32,000 bases of DNA, from NCBI GenBank assembly GCA_005191425.1, contig SUPR01000018.1, forward strand, positions 10,854 through 42,853, given 5' to 3'. Position numbers and translations under genes: made by a program. The notes under the pieces are model-generated. The model was not told where the DNA came from and made no database searches. It saw nothing but the letters and a program-made list of their open reading frames with translations. Position 1 is the stretch's first letter, and each line of letters opens with the position of its first letter. Positions 1 through 9,115 of this stretch are shown piece by piece. The DNA is from Candidatus Helarchaeota ASGARD archaeon Hel_GB_B. Its GTDB lineage: Archaea; Asgardarchaeota; Lokiarchaeia; Helarchaeales; HEL-GB-B.

Positions 1-288
1 CAAATTTCTAAAAGCTTCTAGTGGTTCCATTGCTATTAAAATATCTGCTTCTCCAGTTGGTATAAGAACACCATGGACACCTCTTCGCGGGTCATATTCT
101 TCACCTTCTTCAGTAATTGCATATCTAATTGTAGCGTCTACACAACCTTCTCGTTGTGATGCACCTCTAGTTTCTGTTCCTACTACATCAATATTTTTAT
201 GTTCTAATGTAGCAAGCTTTAAAATTTGACCTAATAGAATTGCTCCTTGACCACCTACACCTACAACTTGGACATTTAATTTTTTCAT
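1..288 (-). CDS. iorB: Indolepyruvate:ferredoxin oxidoreductase beta subunit, 5' part (runs off the window edge)
   Basis: Manual translation from ATG at 288: MKKLNVQVVGVGGQGAILLGQILKLATLEHKNIDVVGTETRGASQREGCVDATIR...ADILIAMEPLEAFRNL. It has the GVGGQG and ETRGxSQRxG motifs of IorB/POR-gamma, lies directly downstream of iorA, and has a GGAGGT RBS upstream. Not in the ORF track. Confidence 0.9.
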   Translation of the reverse strand, partial: MKKLNVQVVGVGGQGAILLGQILKLATLEHKNIDVVGTETRGASQREGCVDATIRYAITEEGEEYDPRRGVHGVLIPTGEADILIAMEPLEAFRNL

Positions 289-289
289 T

Positions 290-2263
290 TTAATCAATAC
301 CCTCCAGATGTAAATTAATTTCAGTTTTAGTTATCGCTGAATTTGGACAAATTTCATAGCAAACGCCGCAATTAGTACATCTAGCAGTTTCAATGTAATA
401 ATATTCCTCGCCTTCTTCATTTTTTCCTTTTGTGATAGCTGGGCATCCTAGAATTGAAATGCATTCTTTGCATTTTTGGCATCTTTCTGGGTCTATTTGA
501 TAAATAACTTTTGGTAATGGACGTGTGATTGCACTCAATTTTTTTCTCTTCGTTCTATCTGCTTGTAATGCACATTCTCGACTACAAACAACTATTTTAA
601 AACCTTTCCTTGACATTGCATCAATAAGTGTTGTCTGTAAAGATCGAACATTATATGGGTCAACCGTACGCACATATTTTGCGCCCATAGATTTTGCAAG
701 TGTTGCTATATTTACCGGTTGTATTGGTTGTAAGTGTGAATCGAGACCGGTTGTTTGAGTAGGCTGTTGACCAGTCATAGAGGTCCATTTGTTTTCTAAG
801 ACTAATAATGTCATATTTGAATCGTTATAGATAGCATTTAACATACCTTGCATACCTGAATGGAAAAATGTACTGTCACCAATTGACGCAAATACTTGTT
901 GGTCAGTTTTATGTGCCATCCCTTCTGCAACACCCAGTCCTGCGCCCATACAAATTATCCAATGGCCCATATTCATTGGGGGCTTAATTGCCATTGCATA
1001 ACACCCAATATCACATCCATATACCCCTTGATCCCTGGTTACCTTTTTAAGAGTATAGAAGGTAGCTCTATGAGGACATCCTGGGCACCAAGTTGGGTCT
1101 CTACGTGGAGCTTGGGTAAAAGCTTTTTTAGCAATTTTCTGAATATTTTTAATTTTTGCAGGAGTTTCTACATTAAGTAATTTAGCTAAATGATCTCTTA
1201 CAATATCAATATTAAGCTCATGATAGTCCGGAAATGTATCTTTACCATGTAATTCGATTTTTATACCCGCATCAAAAAAGATTTCTTTAAGCCTATTTTC
1301 AATAAATGGCATTAATTCTTCGACAACAATTAGTTTTTCTAAACCACGGTCTTCTATGAACTTAATAATCAAATTATCATTTATTGGATATAGTAGACCA
1401 AGCCTTAATATTGGGACATCAAAAATTTTTAATTGTTCTAATGCTTCTAATGTATAACCAAATGAGACACCAGTTGTAATGAACCCAGTTTTCGAATCAC
1501 CTTCAAGAATTTTGTTATAATCGAAGCCAATTTCCTTTTGTAATTTTCCTTTTAAATGGTTTCTGCTTAATTTTTTAATTCTTTTCAGTAAATTTTTCTT
1601 ATGTTCCACTGAAAAAAATGTTGCATTTGCATATTTGGTCATATCAGAAACGAATTTTCCTTTTTCAGGAATTTTTTTAAATGGTTTAAGTTCTATCTTT
1701 CCCATTCCATGACATATTCGACTTGATGGACAGACAATTACTGGTACATCGTATTTTTCACTTAAATCAAAAGCACTAACGATAAAATCTTTAGCTTCTT
1801 GAAGCGTTGAGGGCTCAATCCATGGCATAAAAGTATGGTAAGAGAACCATCGATTATCTTGTTCTGATTGAGAACTATAAGCACCGGCATCGGACGCCAT
1901 AATTAATACCAGTCCACCTTTTACGCCAGTTTGAGCTATGGTATGTAATGCATCAGAAGCAACATTAAGTCCTACATGTTTCATGGTACATAAGGCGCGA
2001 ATTCCTGCCCAACTTGCTCCAGCAGCACCTTCAAGCGCTACTGCTTCATTTACTGAATATTCGCTATAAAAATTGGGAATTTTTGGCCCGACCTTTGCAA
2101 GTATATCACCAATTTCTGAGGCAGGAGTACCTGGATAAGTCGATGAAAAACCCACACCAGCTTCAAGAACGGCTCTAGCCATAGCATGATTTCCTTCAAG
2201 TAATAAGATTCTACCAGGCTCATCAATTAATAAATCTTCAATAGCCATTTTTAGATCATCCAT
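290..2263 (-). CDS. iorA: Indolepyruvate:ferredoxin oxidoreductase alpha subunit
   Basis: 657 aa with LLEGNHAMARA, YPGTPASEI, SVNEAVALE, MKHVGLNVASD, CPGCPHR, DIGCY, TPP motif GDSTFFHSG and a C-terminal 2x[4Fe-4S] ferredoxin (CQKCKEC...CP; CTNCGVCYEICP). Confidence 0.95.
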   Translation of the reverse strand: MDDLKMAIEDLLIDEPGRILLLEGNHAMARAVLEAGVGFSSTYPGTPASEIGDILAKVGPKIPNFYSEYSVNEAVALEGAAGASWAGIRALCTMKHVGLNVASDALHTIAQTGVKGGLVLIMASDAGAYSSQSEQDNRWFSYHTFMPWIEPSTLQEAKDFIVSAFDLSEKYDVPVIVCPSSRICHGMGKIELKPFKKIPEKGKFVSDMTKYANATFFSVEHKKNLLKRIKKLSRNHLKGKLQKEIGFDYNKILEGDSKTGFITTGVSFGYTLEALEQLKIFDVPILRLGLLYPINDNLIIKFIEDRGLEKLIVVEELMPFIENRLKEIFFDAGIKIELHGKDTFPDYHELNIDIVRDHLAKLLNVETPAKIKNIQKIAKKAFTQAPRRDPTWCPGCPHRATFYTLKKVTRDQGVYGCDIGCYAMAIKPPMNMGHWIICMGAGLGVAEGMAHKTDQQVFASIGDSTFFHSGMQGMLNAIYNDSNMTLLVLENKWTSMTGQQPTQTTGLDSHLQPIQPVNIATLAKSMGAKYVRTVDPYNVRSLQTTLIDAMSRKGFKIVVCSRECALQADRTKRKKLSAITRPLPKVIYQIDPERCQKCKECISILGCPAITKGKNEEGEEYYYIETARCTNCGVCYEICPNSAITKTEINLHLEGID

Positions 2264-2824
2264 TTATTTATTAATAATAAGGGTTCGAGCCTCTCCCACT
2301 TCTAAGTTTGATGAGCTACATAGGTCACAATATTTAGAATCATATCTTAATACTCGTCCACAATCTTTACAAACTTTTCTTAATACAACCGGACATTTTC
2401 CGTCATTTTCAAATAAAACACAGTTGTCACAGCCGGCACAATCCTCAAAATACCGTCCAAGTCTCTCAATTCTCCCATAAAATAGGGTATTTAATGCAGG
2501 GATATACCTTTTTCCTGTGATTTTTCCAATCGACTGGCAACCTAATCCACAAGTCATAAGTAATAAAATATCTGCTTTTTCAATCTCGTCAGCTATTAAT
2601 TTAGTGTCTCTTTTTGTAATACGTTCATCACAAGCAGAATCTATCATGAGAGTGGCCAAAATATTTTTACCTTTTCCTTGAAAATGTTCTGCCATTTCCT
2701 TTACTTGCTCAGATCCACCTGTTTGACAAATTGCTGCACATTCTGAGCAACCTATTATTACAACATTGTTAAAAGGTGCCATTTTCTCTTCAATTTCTTT
2801 AAGAGGCTTCTGTTCTGTAATCAT
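2264..2824 (-). CDS. MetV-like (methylenetetrahydrofolate reductase C-terminal domain family) Cys-rich protein with a C-terminal zinc ribbon
   Basis: VVIIGCSECAAICQTGG, SACD, TCGLGCQ, IPALNTLFYG, CAGCDNCVL...GKCP match the MetV/MTHFR_C pattern. The tail is CKDCG-x8-YCDLC. ATG at 2824 follows GGAGGT (the track uses TTG at 2827). Confidence 0.75.
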   Translation of the reverse strand: MITEQKPLKEIEEKMAPFNNVVIIGCSECAAICQTGGSEQVKEMAEHFQGKGKNILATLMIDSACDERITKRDTKLIADEIEKADILLLMTCGLGCQSIGKITGKRYIPALNTLFYGRIERLGRYFEDCAGCDNCVLFENDGKCPVVLRKVCKDCGRVLRYDSKYCDLCSSSNLEVGEARTLIINK

Positions 2825-3250
2825 CAATTTATTTTACCTCCAATTGCTGGAATTGTTTTAAAAAATAATAACAATTTAATTTCAGAATTTTTAAAATTAC
2901 TCCTTTTCATTTATTTTTAATATTAATTGATAACTGATTTATTTATATATTTAAGAATTTTTAATTATATCTAAAATCCGAATTAAAAAGATAATAATAA
3001 TATAATTTTAAATGGAACATTCTTTTGCATTCATTACTTTAATGCTTTTTTTATTTTAGAAAATATTAATCAAATTTAATTATTATTAAAAGATTTTCAT
3101 AAGTATTTTATTGATATTAAAAAAAAATAAGCAATAAAATCCTTAAATATATCGTATATTTTCTAATTAGATTATTTATCAAGATTTATATTTATTCATG
3201 TTCTATATATTATTAAATAAAATACAAAAAAATAAACGAAGATTTTATAA

Positions 3251-4378
3251 ATGATCGACGAGGAAGATGCGCGAAAAAAATTAATCGATGAATTATATGA
3301 GAAAAATTTATTACATGACCCAATTATTGCAGAAGCATTTGAAAAAGTTTCTATGAAAAATTTTTTTCCAAAAGAAGTTTGGGATTTTCTATATACAGAC
3401 CGCCCTTTACCCTATTCTTTTAACCCTCAAAGACCTTGCGCAGCTCCACATATGAATGCAATATTTCTTCATTTAATAAATCTGGATATCAATAGTAAAA
3501 TACTCCAAATTTCAAGCATGAGCGGTTATTTTGCTCAATTAATGGCTGAAATCTCATATAAAGGGAAAATTACTATTATAGAAGACCAAAAGGAAATTGT
3601 ACGCATCACTAGAGATAACTTAAAAAAGAATAATAGTAAAAGAATTAAAGTTATAAATAATGACCCTATTGATGAAATATATGACCATCTTGATTCGGAC
3701 AGAATAATATTCTGTGGAGCAATTTCAAATTCGTTATTAAGCGAAATTTCAGAACAAATTGGCGATGGAACAATAATATTGGCACCTGTTTTTAATTCAG
3801 CTTTGTTTCCCATAGACCAAGATCTAATTAGAGTAATTAAAGAAGATGGAGAAATTATCACGGAATCTTTTGGTAAAGTAAATTTTATTTTACTCGAATC
3901 TAAAAAAATGTTGCGTTGGGCTAAAAAGACACAAAAATTAATTTTTGAACAAATTGCAGATACATTAGAAGATTATTTTCAAGAAACTTATCCAAATCAA
4001 GAACCCATTTTAAGGCTAGGAGTAAATATTCCTGAATTTATTAAAAAAGAATTACTAGAAACTAATACATTATTAAGTAAAAAATATTTTAAAACAGTAA
4101 TTTTGAATTGCCTAAATATTTTAAACGAAATCATTAGATATTTATATAAAAACAATATTGACGAAAATTTTGATTATACTCAAATATCAATTGATGATAT
4201 GATTAAAGAACTGGAAAATGTGGGAATAATTAATCAATTTAATAAAAAGAATCTTGAAATAATTTTAGATACAAATCAGACTTTGGCTTATGACCCAGAA
4301 AATCAGCCAAATTTTGAAAATATAGCTCGAACTACATTAAACCAACTTATTTGGTTTATTGAATATATTTTCAAATAA
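3251..4378 (+). CDS. Protein-L-isoaspartate O-methyltransferase-like domain (degenerate SAM motif) fused to a C-terminal helical, possibly DUF4145/HEPN-like, domain
   Basis: N-terminal DRPLP...AAPHMNA, ILQISSMSGYFAQLMAEI, ITIIED...RDNLKK, DRIIFCGA, IILAPV align with PIMT motifs. About 130 extra C-terminal residues. Confidence 0.65.
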   Translation: MIDEEDARKKLIDELYEKNLLHDPIIAEAFEKVSMKNFFPKEVWDFLYTDRPLPYSFNPQRPCAAPHMNAIFLHLINLDINSKILQISSMSGYFAQLMAEISYKGKITIIEDQKEIVRITRDNLKKNNSKRIKVINNDPIDEIYDHLDSDRIIFCGAISNSLLSEISEQIGDGTIILAPVFNSALFPIDQDLIRVIKEDGEIITESFGKVNFILLESKKMLRWAKKTQKLIFEQIADTLEDYFQETYPNQEPILRLGVNIPEFIKKELLETNTLLSKKYFKTVILNCLNILNEIIRYLYKNNIDENFDYTQISIDDMIKELENVGIINQFNKKNLEIILDTNQTLAYDPENQPNFENIARTTLNQLIWFIEYIFK

Positions 4379-4446
4379 ATTTTAATTTTTTATTTCTACC
4401 CTAATAATTTTAAAAAGAATTTTTTTACATTAGGTTTTTTTTATAG

Positions 4447-5241
4447 TCAATATTTAGAAGTTATTGAATTCAATAAGTTTAACAAATTTTTGTGTATTAA
4501 CCCATTGGAAGCAATAATATTATTTATATTCCTATCCAATGGAATATTATCACCCTTCAAATTAGTTATTATTCCTCCTGCTTCTTTTACAAGCAACATT
4601 CCAGCAGCGACATCCCAAATATTTGTCCCCAAACTAAAAAAGGCGGATATCCGGCCAGATGCTACATAACACATCTCTAACGCTGCGCTCCCAAAATGGC
4701 GAAGTTTCTGCTTTAATAACTTAAATTTGAGAAATATCTTGGCGATCTGACGAATTTGTCCTTCATCTCGACTATTTGAAAAAGCAATAATCGCGTTTTT
4801 TAAAGAATTTTCGGATGAAACTTTTAATTTTTTATTATTAAGAAAAGCACCTTTATTTTTAACAGCATAGAATAGTTCGTTTTGAGGAGGAAAATATACA
4901 ACTGAAAGAAGAGGATCTGTTTTTTTACATAATGCAATTGAAATACAAAAAAATGGGTAATGAATTGAATAATTAGTAGTTCCGTCTAATGGGTCAATAT
5001 ACCAAATATATTCGCTTTTTCCTTCAGTAAAACCTTTTTCTTCGCCTAAAATCGAATGCTCCGGAAATTTCTCTTTAATTGCATTACGTATTAATTTTTC
5101 ACTTTCAATATCGGCGAGTGAAACAATACTACTATCTTTTTTATAATGAATATTTAAATCTTCATTAGAATTATAATAGTCCATTAACAATTTTCCTGCA
5201 TTTCTGGCAATTTTAAAAGTAAAATTCAAGTATTCATTCAA
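4447..5241 (-). CDS. suhB: Inositol monophosphatase family protein
   Basis: Signature motifs SLADIESE, ILGEE, WYIDPLDGTTNY, RHFGSAALEMCYVASG, WDVAAG. Confidence 0.93.
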   Translation of the reverse strand: MNEYLNFTFKIARNAGKLLMDYYNSNEDLNIHYKKDSSIVSLADIESEKLIRNAIKEKFPEHSILGEEKGFTEGKSEYIWYIDPLDGTTNYSIHYPFFCISIALCKKTDPLLSVVYFPPQNELFYAVKNKGAFLNNKKLKVSSENSLKNAIIAFSNSRDEGQIRQIAKIFLKFKLLKQKLRHFGSAALEMCYVASGRISAFFSLGTNIWDVAAGMLLVKEAGGIITNLKGDNIPLDRNINNIIASNGLIHKNLLNLLNSITSKY

Positions 5242-5250
5242 AATTATTCA

Positions 5251-6464
5251 TCATTTTTTATTTAAATTTATAATATCTAATTTATCTGAAAATTTATTAA
5301 ATAAATCATCAGATATTTCAAGTCCTGTTAAAAACATTTTTGCAAAGAGTTCTTTATTTTCAGAATTTTCAAGAGCCCATTTAATCAGTAAATTTGAAAA
5401 TTTATCTAAATCTGATATCAATAAATCTCTAATTAAAATTTGATTTGCAAAACTTTTTTTTATATTTCTTTGTTTCCACTTATCTTGATATCTTTTGAGC
5501 GACTTTTTCGAATAATCGTCATCTTCAATAGCTATCACGGCAGTTTCTCCAGCAAATTTTCCGGTTATAAATGCATAATGAATTCCTGCTCCAATCATTG
5601 GTAATACAAACCTTGATGCATCTCCTACTGACAGTATACCGCTACCGTATGTCTTTCCTTTAATACCCGCTAATGGAACAGGATAACTTAGTTTCCAAAT
5701 AATTTTGGGTTTATAAAATTTTTGTTTTATAAAATCTTGTGCCATAAATTTTTCTAAATAATTTATAGGATTTTCTTTTTTTGACCCCCACATTCCTATT
5801 CCGATGTTTGCTTTTCCATCACTCATAGGGAAAATCCATACATAACAATCAGGAGCAAATTTATTCGAAAAAATTAACTGGTCTAATTTAGAATTTTCAA
5901 TATAACCTTTAACAATTGCCGCTGAACATATTGCATAATCACTTTTTTTCCATTGTTTTCGTAGTCCAGCATCAATTACTATTTTTGATCCAACTCCATC
6001 CGCAGCAATGACAATTTTAGACCTAATTTCTTTTAATTTACCATTCTTATCTCTTACTTTAACTCCAGAAACATTTCCATTTTTAATTAAGACTTTGTTT
6101 ACAGTAGTTTCAGTTTCTATTATTGCTCCTGCGTCAAGAGCTCTCTCTCTTATATGCTGGTCAAAAGTTTTCCGGTCCACAACATAATCAAAATAATTTG
6201 GTTCATTAGTATGATCTTTATAATTTATTGTCAATTCTTTTCCTGTAGAAGATCTTAAGGAAAATCCATTAATTATACCTTCAGCATATTTTTTAGAAAG
6301 TTTGAACTCTTTTATACACATATGCGGGACGCCGCCACCACATGGTTTACGCCAAGGAAGCTTATTTTTTCAAACATTATTATTTTTAACCCAGCTTCAG
6401 CAATTATTTTAGCAGCAGTCGACCCTGCCAAACCTGCACCAGAAATTATTACATCATACATCAT
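5251..6464 (-). pseudogene. Geranylgeranyl reductase family FAD-dependent oxidoreductase (about 404 aa) interrupted by a one-base frameshift at about 6365-6370; pseudogene or sequencing indel
   Basis: Upstream frame from 6464 gives MMYDVIISGAGLAGSTAAKIIAEAGLKIIMFEK (FAD GxGxxG). Adding one A to the A6 run gives NKLPWRKPCGGGVPH, in frame with the 356-aa track ORF (DRKTFDQHI, VIAADG, YVWIFP, VGDAS, GAGIHYA). Confidence 0.85.
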
Positions 6465-6681
6465 TTAAACATTAAATATAACTTGTAGGAATATAATTTA
6501 GCTAATTTTTATCTAAATATAAATATTTTTAGAATCCTCAAAATGAGATTTTTAACCGCACAAATTAGTTAATTTATTCATTATTATAAATAGAATATAT
6601 TAGAAATCAACTATTTTATTCCGGTTTTATGATTTTATTAATATAGAAAGTATAATTAATAAAAAAGTTGGTTAAAAGACT

Positions 6682-7887
6682 TTACATATAAAATTTCTCA
6701 GCTTTTCCCCAAATATTCATTAAGATACTTCCAAATATTTCAATTTGATAGGGGTCTTTTACCATAATTCCAACAGGTTGACCAGTAGAATCTCTTGGTG
6801 CTACAAGCATTTCCTCTTGATCTCTAATTATTCCCCATAAACCTTTCTGTTTGTTATTTCTTATGGTAATATTTGGTCTTTTAAAGGAATTATAAATAGA
6901 TTTATGATTTGGATTATTTATATTAATTGAGGAAATAATACGAATTTGAGTAGATGGCTTAATATTTTCAATATTTAAGATTTTAGGTAGTAAATCAAAA
7001 TTTGGTAGACTTAAAATCAAATTATGTTTTAATCTATTAATGATGTCAGAAATTTTTTCATAAACTTGCGATTCGCCCTTGCAAATATTTGGTAAATATT
7101 TTGAAATAATTCCAGACTCTGCCTCCTCTAATTTTTTCTTATAATCGGTAATATTAGTATTAATTTTTTCTATTTTAACCTTTAAATCAAGAATTTGGTT
7201 TTCCAAATTAGTTATATTGTTTTCTTTATCAGTTATTACCATTAATAAGCTTTTTCTTTTGTCCTCTAATGACTTAATTTTTAAATTCAGTTCATCGATT
7301 TCAGAATTCTTATCCTTAAATATTTTTTCTAGTTTTTTAAATTCTAATTCTAATTTTTGCGAGTCAGAAGTCGTCCGCTCTAAAGATTTTAACAAGTCTT
7401 CTTTTTCTGAGTTCAATTTCTCTAATTCCAAATTAATTGTAGTAATTTCAGCATTTCTTTTTCTTACTTCATTTCTTAATTGCTCATTTTTCTCTTTTAA
7501 TTCATTTATGAATGTATTTTTATTTTTAATAATTGAATTTAAATCATGAATATTATTTATATGATCTTCAATTTTTAAATTTAAATTAGTAATCTCTGCC
7601 TTTAATACCCCAACTTTTGTAATTTCACTTTTTAACTTTTTATTTTCTTCCATAAAATTTTCGATTTGTTTTAAAACTTTTTCTTTTTCGTATATAGCTT
7701 GCTCTTCGCTTAGAATAAGATCATTCTTCTCCTTGTCGATTTCTTTTACTTGGTTTTCAAGTTCATTTATCTCTTCCATTAACCTATTAACCTCTCGCTT
7801 ATTTTTTTCCTCTTGATCCTTTAATTTAACTTGTAATTTCTCAATTTGTTTGTCCTTTTTTATTATTTTTTTTTCTAATTTTTCCAT
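6682..7887 (-). CDS. Long coiled-coil protein with a C-terminal globular alpha/beta domain (TrmB sugar-binding/PLD-like fold suspected)
   Basis: About 260 aa of E/K/L/I/N heptad-like sequence, followed by about 140 aa containing QIRIIS...NITIRNN...WGIIRDQEEMLVAP...GIMVKD. Confidence 0.6.
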   Translation of the reverse strand: MEKLEKKIIKKDKQIEKLQVKLKDQEEKNKREVNRLMEEINELENQVKEIDKEKNDLILSEEQAIYEKEKVLKQIENFMEENKKLKSEITKVGVLKAEITNLNLKIEDHINNIHDLNSIIKNKNTFINELKEKNEQLRNEVRKRNAEITTINLELEKLNSEKEDLLKSLERTTSDSQKLELEFKKLEKIFKDKNSEIDELNLKIKSLEDKRKSLLMVITDKENNITNLENQILDLKVKIEKINTNITDYKKKLEEAESGIISKYLPNICKGESQVYEKISDIINRLKHNLILSLPNFDLLPKILNIENIKPSTQIRIISSININNPNHKSIYNSFKRPNITIRNNKQKGLWGIIRDQEEMLVAPRDSTGQPVGIMVKDPYQIEIFGSILMNIWGKAEKFYM

Positions 7888-8063
7888 TTTTATAACCTTG
7901 AAAAATGTTAATGTATTCCCAGATTCAATATATTTGCAAGATAAAAATATAAAGATTGGTAAAGAATTAAAGTACCTGTAATAGATGCATCTAACTTCTA
8001 AAAATTTTAGGATAAAAAATTTGATAATCTAAATTACTGCTAAATAAAAGTAAAAATGTGAAG

Positions 8064-8876
8064 TTATAATGAGATTATTTGGTCAATTGGGTAACCTATT
8101 CTTTTTGCGGTTAGCTCACATGCAATTGGAGACATATCAATTCCTATAAAATGTCTTTTTAATTTATATGCTACTGCAATAGTTGTCCCGCTCCCACAAA
8201 ACGCATCTAAAATTAAATCATTCTTATTTGAAGATACTTTAATAATTCTTTTTAATAATACTTCAGGCTTTTGAGTTGGATAACCCAGCCATTCCTTGTG
8301 ATAACTTGTTAATTTTGTAAAATCAGCCCACCAGTCATTAATTGGAGTTCCCTTTTGTAAATCTAATTTTTTACCCCCAGATGTTAAACTATGTCGCGGG
8401 ACATGTTTTTTAGTCCAATTACCAAATGATCTATACTCAACATTGAATTTCCAATCAGCCCCTTTTGTATAACGAAAAATTGTGTCATGTTTTCTAGGAA
8501 AATCCTTTTTTGGAATACCTCCTCCTGAATATGCCCAAATTATTTCATTTCTAAATTGTTTTACGCCAAAAATATTATCTAATAATATTCTAATATGACT
8601 ATTAGAACGATAATCACAATGATGATAAAAAGTGCCATCTTTTTTTAATATTCTATGCAATTCTTTAATTCTAGGTGTAATCCATTTTATATACTGACTG
8701 ATCCCTCCAGCCCATTTATCCTTAAAAGATATCGATTCATTATGACTTTTATTTTTGCTTATAAATTCTTTATTAGTAAAAAAAGGCGGGTCTATATATA
8801 TTAAATCGATTGATTCATCAGGTATCTTTTTCAAAACATCTAAATTATCTCCACAATAAATTTTATCCATCAACAT
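8064..8876 (-). CDS. Site-specific DNA methyltransferase, N6-adenine/N4-cytosine, beta class; no cognate endonuclease nearby
   Basis: Catalytic motif IDLIYIDPPF at the N-terminus, YPTQKPEVLLKRII, and SAM motif LDAFCGSGTT near the C-terminus (beta-class order). Confidence 0.92.
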   Translation of the reverse strand: MLMDKIYCGDNLDVLKKIPDESIDLIYIDPPFFTNKEFISKNKSHNESISFKDKWAGGISQYIKWITPRIKELHRILKKDGTFYHHCDYRSNSHIRILLDNIFGVKQFRNEIIWAYSGGGIPKKDFPRKHDTIFRYTKGADWKFNVEYRSFGNWTKKHVPRHSLTSGGKKLDLQKGTPINDWWADFTKLTSYHKEWLGYPTQKPEVLLKRIIKVSSNKNDLILDAFCGSGTTIAVAYKLKRHFIGIDMSPIACELTAKRIGYPIDQIISL

Positions 8877-9115
8877 TAAAAAATTTTCTCTCCAATTAAT
8901 TTGTTTAAAAATTTGATTACAGTACCATGATTTTATCTCTTAATTTTTTAATAAAAACATAAGTAAATAACTTTTAAGTTTTCATAAATTCCGTTGCTGA
9001 TGTCGAGTTTCATCATTTTTGAATTTTTAATTGCTCCTACTAATCACCTACTAATATATAATGTTATTTATTAAGAATTTTTTTAATTATAACTTTAGAA
9101 TATTTGATCAATTTT

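Noticed and set aside
6360-6375. Programmed -1 ribosomal frameshift signal in the GGR gene
   Set aside because: No canonical slippery heptamer in the zero frame and no evident downstream stimulatory structure. It is kept only as an indel finding.
6682-7887. SMC/Rad50 annotation for the coiled-coil protein
   Set aside because: No Walker A/B, ABC signature, hinge or zinc-hook motif.
7982-7993. Perfect 12-bp palindrome TAGATGCATCTA between the methyltransferase and the coiled-coil gene
   Set aside because: It is a single occurrence with no second copy seen, and is plausible by chance in 32 kb of AT-rich sequence.
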